This document shows positions 27,887 through 39,775 of a stretch of 64,000 bases of DNA, in pieces (within the stretch, counting starts at the first letter, position 1; each line of letters starts with the position of its first letter). The DNA comes from the human T2T-CHM13v2.0 reference genome, Homo sapiens, in the NCBI RefSeq assembly GCF_009914755.1, contig NC_060926.1. The stretch is one strand, 5' to 3'. Made by a program: the position numbers and the translations under genes. The notes beneath the pieces are model-generated. The model made no database searches and was not told where the DNA came from. It was given only the letters and a program-made list of their open reading frames with translations.

Positions 27887-28143
27887 GTAACATTCTCTTG
27901 TTTCTTCTTATTCTATTTCTTATTAAAGGATAAAAATTCGATATTTAAAATATAATTAATTTTAACTCTAGGTGGTTCAAATTTTATTTCTGACAAATGG
28001 CCAGGAGCACTAAAAATAATAGACTATTTTAATATAATAGTAAGGATTAAGATTTTCAGCTAAACTTCAGTTTAATTAAGAGTGATACAATTTTCAGATC
28101 ATTTTACACATATATTTTACACTTTCAGCATCTCAATTCAAAG

Positions 28144-30535
28144 TGTGAATGGTTTGCAGCTAGGGACGACATAAAAAATATCACAGACTGATGGCTTAAC
28201 CAACAGAAATTTATTTTGTCATAGTCTGTAGGCTACAAGCCCAATATCAAGATTCAGGCCAGTTTGGTTTCTGATGAGGTCTCCCTTCCTGACTAGTAAA
28301 TGGCCGCCTTCTTGCTGTGTCCTCACGTGGACTTTTCTCCATGTCTGCTTGTGGAGAGAGCCAGAGATCTGATTTTCCTTCCTTTTATAAGGACACCAAT
28401 TCTATCGGATTAGGACTCTACTCTTATGGCGTCATTTAACCTTAACTACCTCCTTAGAGGCCCTATCCTTAAGCACAGTCATACTGGGGGCTTTAGACTT
28501 CAACATATGAATTTTCAGGGGAGGACACAGAGATTCAGTCCATAGCAGTCTGCCTTCCCGACAATCTCCCCCACAATTATATCTTTTTCTCATGTAAAAT
28601 ATGCTTACTCCAACAAAACAGCCCCCAAAGTTATAACTTACTCCAGCATCAAGTCTAAATTTTGAAGTCCAGAGTCTCATCTAAACATAATCTAAATTGA
28701 GGGAAAACTCATCTCAGCTGTGAACCTGTGAAACCAGAAAAGTTACGTGCTTCCAAATTACAATAGTTGGAGATGCCTAGAATAAATAAATATTTCCATT
28801 CTCAAAGGGAGAAATCGAAAAAGAAATGGGCAATTTGTCACAAGAAAGCCCAAAGCCTAGCAAGGCAAATTCCATTAGATATTAAGCTCAAGAATAATCC
28901 TCATTTGTTTAATGCTCTACTATCCAAGTCCACTGGGATGGCAATATTACTCTTGTGGCTTTGCGGGATGCTTTTACTTTTTCAGCTTGGTAGGACATCC
29001 CAGCTCCCACGTCCCCATTGTTCTCTATGGTGAGGAGTGACTAGCCTGCTGAAACCTAAAAGGAAGCATCTTTTTTCCCTACTCCTACTCCATCCCTTCA
29101 AACTCACACTTCCCATCCCCATTTTCTCCAACCTGTGGTGGGATTGGCAGCCTTGATGATCTCTGAATTGCCTTCAGGGCCATTCTTCCCTTTTCTTAAT
29201 GGAGAAGACATTTGTAGTCTTCCTTCATTCCATTCTATTTTTCGGTTTCCTTTAGTCTTAGCTGGCAGTGTTTCTGCTAGTACCATCCCTTTACTCCTAA
29301 TTTATCCTAAGATACCTGATTAAATCCATAGATCACATCCATACTAACTGACTTATTAAATGGTTGTTCAGCCATGCCCTTGGTGTTCTCTCCAAACATG
29401 GTTCTTCATTTTTTGCCATATTGATAGGCTGTGAATTTTCCAAATTTTAAATTCTGGTTCATTTTCCCTTAACAATTTCTTCATCAATCCATCTTTCTTC
29501 TCTCACATTTTACTGTAAACAATTAGGAGGACTCAAGCCACACCTTCAATGCTTTGCTTAGGAATCTTCTCTGCTAAATCTCCAGTTTTATCACTCCCAA
29601 GTTCTACTTCCCATGAAACACTAGAACACAATTTAACGAAGTTCTTTGCCACTTTCTAAAAGGATAACCTATTTATCAGTCTTTAGTCTTAGGAATCTTC
29701 TCTGCTAAATCTCCAGTTTTATCACTCACAAGTTCTACTTTCCATAAAACACTAGAACATAATTTAGCAAAGTTCTTTGCCACTTTCTAAAAAGGATAAC
29801 CTATTTATCAGTCTTTAGTAACCTGTTCCTCATTTTTGTAAGACTTCACAAGAATCAGCTTTCACATTCATATTTATACCAACATTCTATTTATAAAGAT
29901 ACAGGTATTCTCTAAGATGATAAGGATTTTATTTATAATTCCCCTCCTTTCTTCCTGAGCCCTCACCAGAATCACCGTTAAGGTCTATATTTCTAACAGT
30001 AATCTGTTTTTTAAAAACTAGGCTATTTCTAGCATGCACCTCAAAACTCTTTCAACCCATCACCCAATTCCAGAACTGCTTTCACACTTCTAGGCATTTG
30101 TTATAGCAGATTGTTATTGCATCCCACTTTTGATACCTAAATCTGTACTAGTTTGCTAGGACTTCTATAACACAATACCACAGACCTGGTGGCTTAAACA
30201 ATAGAAATGTATTTTCTCACAATTCTGGAGGCCAGAAGTCTAAGATGTATGTTCCAGATGTTTTGGTTTCTGGGAGGACTCTCTTTCTGGCTTGTGGACA
30301 GTTCTTGCTTTGTACTTGCCTAGTCTTTCCTCATTGCATGCATCTTCAGAGAGGAAGAGCTCTGATCTCTCTTCCTCTTAGAAGAACATCAATCGTATTA
30401 TATTAGGGCCTCGCCCTTCTGACCTTATTTAACCTTAATTACTTGCTTATAGGCCCTGTCTCCAAATATAGTCATATTAACACTAGGACTTTAATATATG
30501 AATTTTGGGACAACTCAAAAATTCAGTCCATGATA
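28144..30535 (-). mobile_element. Two-LTR MaLR element (MLT1A-like): LTRs 28144-28547 and 30144-30535 with ~1.6-kb internal region
   Basis: Both LTRs carry ggcttaa.caa.agaaat...atttaaccttaa.tac...atatgaatttt...attcagtccat; the interval has MLT-int character. Confidence 0.85.
29557..29819. repeat. Tandem duplication (131/132-bp units) within MLT1A internal region
   Basis: cttaggaatcttctctgctaaatc...atcagtctttagt at 29557-29687 and 29688-29819, roughly 93-95% identical. Confidence 0.96.
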
Positions 30536-31039
30536 ATCAGGGTTGCCACCCCTTCACATTCTCACATTCCCTTTTATTATTCTAGCACCAAGGGACTGTC
30601 ACAATTTGCACATCTTCTGGGCATCCCAGCCTCCAGTCCGAGAATTAGCTAGTATTCCTGATATAAAACTCGGCATAAATGCCAATATTATCATTAAGCA
30701 TTTCATTCTTCTTCTGAATGTTGGCACACACCCTGTGTAAGCATGCACACACACACAATCTCTGTTTTGAATAAGAAAAGAGTTCTAAAACATTAGAGCT
30801 TATCAGAAATAAATTAAAGTAGTTGTTGCTGAAATAATGCATCCTCAAATAAAGGTAAGATATTAAAGTAATTCCCTGTTGTAATCTTAACCTACATTGG
30901 CTTGTGATACGTCTTTCTCATAGCAAAGCTAAGCATTTTACATGGAATAATTTAGTAGAAAGAAGAAAGAAAGGCCAGTGGTAAAGTTAAGAATATGATT
31001 TAAAAATATATCTCTCATGTATTATTAAGAGTAGGAACT

Positions 31040-31270
31040 AGAAACAAATTAATTGGGTTTTAATTTTAGCTCTGCTGTTTACCAAGTGTGAGAAGTTAGG
31101 CAAATTTCTTAATCTATTTGTAGCTAATTTTCCTTTTGTGAGTATAACAATCCTACTTCCTAGAGATGTCATGATATGTTATGAATATTAAATAAATCAA
31201 AATATGTAAAAACATTAGAACAATGCCTGGTACATAAAACACAAATGTATGCAATTATTATTATTATGTT
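31040..31270 (+). mobile_element. MIR
   Basis: gggttttaattttagctctgctgtttaccaagtgtgagaagttaggcaaatttcttaatc...ttagaacaatgcctggtacata. Confidence 0.75.
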
Positions 31271-32891
31271 TAGCATGCCATTATTATTAGCATTATAATT
31301 ATTATTTGATTGAGCAAAATAATCTAAGGGCACCTCTTCAGATGTTAGAAACATTCTAGTTTAATCATTAGTAAGATTCACAGTATTACTGCTAACTTTT
31401 TCTTAATGTTATTGAAATCATATACCATATTTTGCTCTTTATTGTGTACATTGATACACTCTTTAATATATGTCTATTAATCTCTTCAGAATGTATTGAT
31501 TTTTTGTAGTTTAGGTTGAAGTATATTTTGAGATTACTTATAATAACAATATCCCATTGTCAGACAAGTTACTCTTTCTTTTATGGAAATAAACTTAAAA
31601 TATTTATCTTTAGTTTTTACATTAAAGCTTCATTATCTAGATCTTAGAACAATGCATGTGATCAAATTAAAAGACAAAGTCACAGAAAAGTTTTCTATCC
31701 ATGAGTGAAAATAAGGCTATAGAATACCAGGTTACATTAAATAACAGGTACCCTTGTTGAATGATTATATGGACTTTTAAAAATATCACATGGACCCCAT
31801 AAATATATAAAATACATGTCAATAAAAAAATTAAATACATAAATAAAATCAAAGAGGCAGAAAAGGAAAAAAATAGAATGCAAAACACTTGATTACCACT
31901 CTCTACCTAAATATATGAACAACTCTCATTCTCTTTAATCTATTATGAATTGAATGTTCTTTCTGTTGACAAAAGACTTAAAGCAATTTGAAACTTGTGA
32001 TATATGCATTGATTTCCAAAAAAGAAAACATTTAAAAAGCAAGTTGCCAAAAATATGCTATTAATAGTCATATGGAAAACAGCTAAAATGATTAAGACTA
32101 AAATGATGAAAAGGCAGAAAATGCATTTACTAGTACCTGTTCACAATAACATTGAGTTAGATTTTATATCACTGAGTTAACAAGAAATATATATCAAGAT
32201 ATTTTCAAATTCCTTAACACTTTTTACACCTGAAAGTTAAATTTTAAAATAGTATGTCTTTCTATTGAAAAGAATAGAGAAACAATTTTTTGTTACTGTC
32301 TCTTGATCAAAAGTACATTATTGAGTTAAATAAAAATTGTGAGAACATGTGACATATATTAGCTTTTGTTTGTGCTTGTTGTGGGAATTAAAACTGTAAA
32401 CATAAATTTATTAATATCTCCTGTCTTCTTTAATGTCATTTCATATTCATTGGAAAATATATTTAATGGGTAATAGCTAATAGCCATGAAATAATGAATT
32501 TACTGTGAAAATAAAATATTTCAGAATACAAAATATAATAATCATACATTCCACAGTGCATATATTTATATATATTTTTATGATTTTGATCTTAACACTA
32601 TTGAGAACAAACTAGATATTTGACAGATTGTGAAATATATTGATAATTTGGGGTATGGAATTTTTTATTTTATTTTTGCATTTTATATTAACTGATTATA
32701 CGGTTCTTGAAATTGGTCATGTTACCATCTTCATTTTACATATTAGAAAATTATCTCCACGGGGATTAAATAACTTGCTCAATGTCACACCAGGTCCTCT
32801 CTTTAATATCTGCTAATAACCATGTTACTTCAACTCATGGAGATAATATATTCATTTCTATTATAATTCCCAGATCAATATTTCTGGGATT

Positions 32892-33165
32892 TTTTGTTCT
32901 TTTTTTTTTTTTTTTTTTTTTTTTTGAGACAAGGTCTCACTTTGTTGCCCAGGCTAGAGTGCAGGCATGCAATCATGGACTCACAGCCCACTGCAGCCTT
33001 GACCTCCCACCTCAAGCAACTCTCTCCCTCTACCTCCCAAATAGCTGGGACTACAAGGGCTCCCTATGTTGCCCAGGCTGGTCTCAAACTCCTGTGCTCA
33101 AGTGAACCTCCCAAATCAGCCTCCCAGACTGCTGGGATTACAGGTGTCAGCTACTATGTCCAGAC
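32892..33165 (-). mobile_element. AluJ with internal deletion of the linker
   Basis: T tail, gagacaaggtctcac...gctgggactacaag joined directly to ctatgttgcccaggctgg; flanking aatatttct repeat. Confidence 0.9.
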
Positions 33166-33259
33166 GAATATTTCTTTAATAACAACTGTCCCATCTCTGA
33201 ATTTATTAGTCATTAAAGTAATTAAGACAAAAATGAAAAAAAATTATATAGTCTACTTT

Positions 33260-35790
33260 TTCATGTATTTATTTTTTGAGATATAAGTCACATGCTATAA
33301 AATGTTCTTTTTAAAGTGTACAATTCAGTGATTTTTAGTATAGTCACAAAGTAGTGCAAACATTACCATAGCTAATTCCAGAAAATTTCCATCACCCTAA
33401 ATGTAAGCCCTATATACATTAGCGGTCATTCCTCATTCACCCCCTCACAGACCTAAGACACTGGCAAAAGCTAATCTCCATTCTGTGTCTATCAATTTGC
33501 CTATTCTGGGCATTTCATATAAATGGGATCATAAAATATGCGGCCTTTATTTTTTCACTTAACGTTTTCCAATTCATCCATTGTAACATATCTCAGAACT
33601 TCATTCCTTTTAATTGCAAATATTCCTTTTTATGAATATATATCATTTTAATTATCACTTCATCAGTTAATAAAGATATGAATAGTCTCCAACTTTTGTA
33701 CAAGTTCTTGTATATACTATTTCACTTCAGTATATCTCTTGGAGTAGAAATGCTGGCCATATGATAACTCTATGTTTAATATTTTGAGAAATATCCAAAC
33801 TGTTTTCCAAAGTGGCTGCACCACTTTTCATTCTCACCAACAATAAGGAGGTTTCCATATTTTCCACATCCTTGTCATCGTATCTGTTTTATTTTTGCCA
33901 TCCTGGTGGGTGTTTAGTTATATCTCATTACAGTTTTGATTTTCCTTATGGCTAACAATGCTGAGCATCTTTTCATATGTTTATTGGCTATTTGTATATT
34001 TTTGGAGAAATATCTGTTCAGATCCTCTGTCTAAACTTTAAAAAAAATTGAGCTGTAAAGATTGTATATATATAATGGATACAAATTTCTTTTTTGATAT
34101 ATAATCTAAAAATACTGTCTCCCATTCTGTGGGCTGTGTTTTCACTTTCTAGGTGATGTGGTTTGCAGTTCAATCTTTTAATGTTGATGAATTCTATTTT
34201 TTTCTTGTGCTTTTGGCATTATATCTAAAGTCATAAATATGAAATCCTGTGTTGTTCTTTAAGTTTTATAGTATTAACTGATACATCTAGTTCTTTGATC
34301 AATTTTGAGTTCATTTTTGTATATGGTGTGAAAATAAAAAATGTATTCTTTTGCATATGGCTATCCAAATGTTCCAGCACCATTTGTTAAAAAGACAACT
34401 CTTTTCCCATTGAATGGCTTTAGCACTCTTGTCAGAAAGCAATTGATTAAAGATGTTTGGGTTAATTTTTGGATTTTCAATTGTATTCTATTGATCTACG
34501 CATCTATCAGTATGTCTTTTTTACTGTACCTGTGCAGTAAATTTTTAAATCTGTAAGTGTGAGCCTTCCAAATTTGTTCTTTTTCAATACTGCTTTGGGC
34601 TTTCTAAGTCCCTTGCATTTATTTCAATATTAATTTTAGGATTAGCTTGTCTATTTCTGCAAAAGATGAAAGTTGAGCTTTTGATAAAAATAAAATTAAA
34701 CCTATAGAAAAATTTCTTCCCTTCCATCTATGTGATATCTTTTCATTTGTTTAGTATTTCCTTGGTTTCTTTCAAGAATGTTTTGTAGTTGTCAATGTAC
34801 AAGTCTTGCATGTCTTTGGTTAAATCTATTCCTATGCATTCTATATTTTGATAGTACTGTAAGTGGAATTCTTTTAATTTCAATTTTAGATCATTCATTG
34901 CTAGCTTGTAAAAATACATTCCATTTATGTATGTTCATCTTATATCCTGCCACCTTGCTGAACATATTTATCAGCTCTAATAGTTTTTTTTTGGTCTGGT
35001 TTTTTCTTTAGGTTTTTCTATTGTTAACTGAAAAAAACAGACCTTTAAAATACTTCAAAGAGGTTTATTCTGAGCCAATAGGAGTAACCAAGGCCTGGAG
35101 AAACAAAGTCTCAAGAGGGCCTGAGAAAGTATACCCGAGGCAGTAGAATTGAAGTATGGTTTTATACATTTTAAGAAGGCAAGAATTACATGCAAATTCA
35201 TAAATCAATACATGGAAGGTATAACTTGCTTTGACTCAAAAAGGTGAGATATCTTGAGGCGAGTGCTTACAGGTTATAGGTATATTCTGAGATTCTTCAA
35301 TGTGTAATCAGTTAAAGGTGTAATGATTTGTCTAAAAATTTGGAATCAGCAGAAAGAAATGTTTTAAGTTAAGGTAAGGAGGTCTGTTAACCAATTCACT
35401 GTGTCAGAGTGACCTGAAGGGGTGTATGATTTAATCCTTGTCTAACGTGGCCTTTGGTCATATTTATAATTTGGTATTTTATTGTCATAAATAATTTATT
35501 TTGTTAGTTTGATGATCTATATTTCAATATTAATGCTCATCAGTTGTGCCTAAACTTCAAAAGAGAGAATATAACAATGCGTGTCCAATCTCCCTTCTTG
35601 TCATGGCTGGGAATCCATTTTTAAATTTTTTCTGGGGTCCCCTTGGGCAAAATGGGGTCTGTTCAGTCAGTGGGGACTTATAGTCTTATTTTTAGTTTAC
35701 ATTATAGAATAACATCATATGGAAATAGAGAGTTTACATTTTCATTTCTAATTTCTACGTTTTTTTCTTTCTTTTTCTTATCACGTAAGA
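33260..35790 (-). mobile_element. L1MB-type LINE 3' portion (interrupted by an LTR at 35022-35701)
   Basis: ttttaaagtgtacaattcagtgatttttagtatagtcacaaag; aaactgttttccaaagtggctgcacc; ccagcaccatttgttaaaaagac. Confidence 0.85.
35022..35701 (-). mobile_element. Solo MER4-group ERV1 LTR (MER4C/D-like)
   Basis: Reverse complement starts tgtaaactaaaaataag...gcccaaggggaccccagaaaaa; TG..CA ends; 4-bp TSD ctat/ttat. Confidence 0.8.
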
Positions 35791-35908
35791 CATTTAAAAA
35801 TGACATTTCTTAATCTTTCTCATCTAGATAGGTCCAAATAACATGTTGAGCTGATGGATCATGTGGAAAATAATTTTAACATGTAATGTAAGCCATTTTG
35901 TAAACTGT

Positions 35909-36566
35909 TTATATAGGAGTTAAAGATAAATTATTTAGGCAGATAGTGAGGGTAAGGGAGTGCTTAGTAAGGCTTTTATTTTAATAAAAAGCAGCCCCCA
36001 AACCATTTCTTTTCTAACAGAATGCAGCCTGAAAAGTCAAGCTTTAAGCATACATAACCAAGCCGGAAGCTTGCATAGATGAATGCTGGCAGCTATACTA
36101 AAAGCCAGGTACACCCAACATGGTGATTTCTCCCTCCTTTCTCTTTGCCCGTGAAGTGTACAGTAAAGAGCAGACAAGATGGTGCTGGACAAGTGAAAAG
36201 TCCATTTGTATAATAAGATTAGGGTGGGGTTTACACCACCCTTTACACAAATAAGGATTACATAGCCTTCTTTGTGTGCTATGTAAACGTCACACCTGGT
36301 CGAATCAATCTGTGGGCTCTATGTAAATCAGACACCACTTCCTCATGCCTGCCTATGAAATCTGCTGCAGTCCGCTGCAGGTTGGCTCTTCCCTTTCAGA
36401 AGGCTCTCTCTTGAAAGAGCGAGAGAGAGAGCTGCTCACCTCTCTCTTTTCTTCTGCCTATTAAACTTTCTAGTCCTTAACACACCTACAAGTGTCCGTG
36501 TCCTTAATCTTCTTGGCATGAGATGAAGAACCCCAGGTATTTACCCCAGATAATAATGTCACTTTA
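35909..36566 (+). mobile_element. Proviral 5' LTR
   Basis: ttatataggagttaaag...ccccaggtatttaccccaga...cacttta; ATTAAA at 36460. Confidence 0.92.
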
Positions 36567-36568
36567 TT

Positions 36569-36586
36569 TGTGGGCTCACTCAGGAT
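36569..36586 (+). promoter_or_regulatory. Degenerate primer-binding site (tRNA-Pro type)
   Basis: tgtgggctcactcaggat matches 13/18 of TGGGGGCTCGTCCGGGAT, 2 nt after the LTR; leader splice donor GTAAGT at 36621. Confidence 0.7.
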
Positions 36587-37224
36587 CAGAACCAGAATGG
36601 AAGGTATAATCATTGGAGTGGTAAGTATGGGAGCGAATCTCAAATCTGTCCTTTAATTTTGAGACTCTCAGCCTCCATTTTGGAATAAAAGCAAAGTAAA
36701 TTCCAAATACTGGGCCCCCGTCAGCCATTTAAAAACGATTAGCATTGCTGCCAGCCTTACAAGACTTGGGGGACAGGCTTGCTGGGGAGAACAGGGAGAA
36801 TTCCCCAGTACCCACAGGTTGCTGGGCGTATTGGCCATATTTGAACCAGTTTCCTTTCATGGAGGACCTAGCCATCATGTGGGGCTGGAAGAGGTCCTGG
36901 AGCAACTGAGGATTTCTGGCCGCGGCTACCCCTTGGTGTTATCCAAAGGCTTCAGGACTGACCCCAGCCTTCGACCGCCCAGTGGGGTGTGGGCAACAGG
37001 ATCTGCAATGTTCCTATCATAATTTGCTCCTTTCCTGTCCACAACTGCCATGTCTTTTCCACAACTGCCTATCCTTTCTCTGTATGGAATGCTGTGGGAG
37101 TTTTATACTTCAGGGAAGTAATCTTATTAGGCAAGATCAGGAAATTCCATAGTAACCAGGGATATAGCTCAGGGGAATGCTGTTGTAATTTTCTAGGAAC
37201 AGAGGGCCTGGCCGCCACAGTGAG

Positions 37225-37357
37225 CATCTCACTCTCCACCCTTGGTCTGGAGAGCATATGGCATGTCAAGGTTACTCTGCCCTTGGTCTGAAGGGCACAT
37301 GGCATTTCCAGATCACTCTCTGCCCTTGGTCTGGAAATCACGTGGCATTTCAAGGTC
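37225..37357. repeat. Three ~40-bp tandem units in the proviral leader
   Basis: actct..cccttggtctg...ca..tggcat.tc repeated three times. Confidence 0.85.
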
Positions 37358-38099
37358 AATATCACCACCTAATGGAATAAAAATCATCTCCATGAGGCAC
37401 ATTGTCAGTCCTTTACTGTGACACTGTAGCTTCTCAATTCTCCCTTTTTGTGCCCCTATACTAGAAATCAGGCTGTATGCTCCTTCTGTGAATGGCAAGA
37501 CTCTGCCTTCAACAATTAGGAGTAAAATGTCTTCCGGAACCAAATTTTAGTTCTGATACTGTCCCTCAACAGGAAAACTACCATTAGGTCCCTATGTTCC
37601 TTTAAGGCACCTATTCTGTCTCCAATTAAAACAGTACTTAATTAGTAAGGGGATTTTAAGTCCAGAAGTTAACCAGAAACATTCTCTAAGGGGAAACACC
37701 TTAGCACAGGCCACAATAGCAAGATAATAGAGTTAAATCTAGTACCCTCCCCCTATTAAAGGAGCCTTGCCCAAAGGCAACTATTAAATGGTCTTTCCCA
37801 AGATCTATTTTTCAGGGAGGCACATAGAGCACACAAATCTAGGAAGTCAAAGTAGAATCACAAGTGGAGAACTTGCTGCATGGTTATGCGTGACTCATAG
37901 CATCATATAGTTTCTCTGGTTCCATAGCTTGAAGAGTCATGCCCATAACCATGGGCAGCACATTTAACAAGGTGCTGGGACCCAGGAACCAAGGAGAGAA
38001 AACAGTAGGGGGAACACTCCCACTGTCTTCCTTTCCCCCCTAGGACATACCAAAAGGAAGGAGACTAAAGGGACTCCTTTTTCTTGCTTCTCTTTCTAA

Positions 38100-38692
38100 A
38101 TAGGTAACAGACCATCTTCAGCTTACACCCCTCTGGAGTGCATCCTGAAGCACAGGGACTCCTTTGACCCTGAGACTTTGAAGAAAAAGCAGCTCATTCT
38201 CTTTTTCACAAGGTCCTGGCCTTCTTACTAGACCTTTGCAAGCATTGCAAAAATCAACCCAGCTCTTCTAGTAGTCTTATCAGGCAGGCCTATAGAGAAT
38301 GATTCCCAAAGTTAGAGAAGCAACTTCCAGGGGAACAATCTGAGGATCCCCCTTATTCAGCAATCCTCAAGTTCCCTTCTCATTACAGGACCTTAGGCAA
38401 ATAAAGGGAGACATAGGCCAATTTTCTGACAATGCTGATAGGTATATAGAAGCTTTTCAAAATTTAACTTAGGTGTGTGACCTCTCATGAAGGAATGTTA
38501 TGCCATTCCTAAGCCAAATCCTTACTGTGGCTGAAAAACAGGCAACTCTGTAGGCAGCAGGGAATTTCAGAGATGAGCAATATGTCTCCTATAGTAGGTC
38601 AAAAAGGAAGAGAAAATAAGGAAAGTGAAGAAATAGAAAAATCATCATTTCTAATAGAAAAAGAGGTAGAAACTGTTGATAACCCTAAATTG
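38100..38692 (+). pseudogene. gag: Decayed gammaretrovirus-like gag (MA and N-terminal CA)
   Basis: ATA(start lost)[42 protein letters not shown] and QVPFSLQDLRQIKGDIGQFSDNADRYIEAFQNLT*VCDLS*RNVM...; several stops. Confidence 0.88.
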
Positions 38693-39348
38693 AAACCCTC
38701 AAATGCAACTTCCAGATGTCCTGGCCCTTCCTGCCCCTCATCTACATCATCAGCTCCAGTTCTACCACCCAAACCCCAGATTTTTCTATGGTATTTTTAC
38801 TTCCTTCTTTCACAGTTTAAAATGGCTTCTATCTCTTCTTTTATAATGTTATTCCAACCTGGGAGAAGTTAATTTCCCCAAGACTTAAAATGCTTGGCTT
38901 AGAGTTGAGCTTGGGGGAAAGGAACCCAGAAGCCTCACATGCTGGCAAAAGAGTAAAAGTTGTTTTTTTTTTTGTTTTTTTTTTTTTTAACCAGTTGAGC
39001 TTTTGGCTTCTCTCTCTGTGCAAACTGGTAAAAAGGATAATAAGAATTATTATCTATAGTCTCTGTAAAGTTTTAATTAATGGAAAATGATTTGTGAGAT
39101 TGGTCTTAAGCTATAGCCTATCTGGTGTAATTTGTCTTTCTTTATGGTTCTTTAAAAAAAAATGGGGGAAGGTAACTTAGGTTAGAATGCAGGCCCAGGA
39201 CCCCATAAGCCTGCTATTCAAGCCAGCTCAACAAAGTGTTCAGTGATAAACTTGACTACAGGCCTCCATCTTGTTTCATGTTTTTGGGAACATGACCTGT
39301 AACCATGTGGCCATACAGTCTTTTAGTCTGTGCCATTTTACAATGGTG

Positions 39349-39775
39349 GCTGTCTTCTTGTGCTAAGTTAGTTCATGGGTGGGGGCCACAAAATCAGATA
39401 AGCCAGTTTATTGATCTGGATGGGGTCAGCTGATCCACCAAGGGCAGGATTTACAAAACATCTTAAGCACTGATCTTGAGGGCAGTTTAGGGAGGGTCAA
39501 AATCTTGTAGCCTCCAGCTGTGTGATTCCTAAGCTATGATTTCTAATCTTGTGCCTAGTTCCTTGGTCTGGTCCCTGGGCAAGAGGGACCATCTTTAGAA
39601 GGGGCCATTATCATCTCTGTTTTGGACTATAAACTGTAAACCAGGCTTCTCTCAGAGTTTGTTCAGCCTATGCCCAGGGCTGGGCAGGGACAGCTTGGGG
39701 ACTGGAAGCAAGATGTAGTTGTTTGGGTTGGATGTCTTTCACTGTTTCAGTCATGGTTTTGAAATGGTATTTTCA
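39349..39775 (-). mobile_element. Antisense LTR8 5' portion embedded in the proviral internal region
   Basis: Reverse complement tgaaaataccatttcaaaaccatgactgaaacagtgaaagacatcc...gatcagtgcttaagatgttttg matches LTR8 and the solo LTR at 27249. Confidence 0.8.

Noticed and set aside
37225-37357. Regularly spaced repeats resembling a CRISPR array
   Set aside because: Whole units are similar with no unique spacers; this is a retroviral leader in human DNA.
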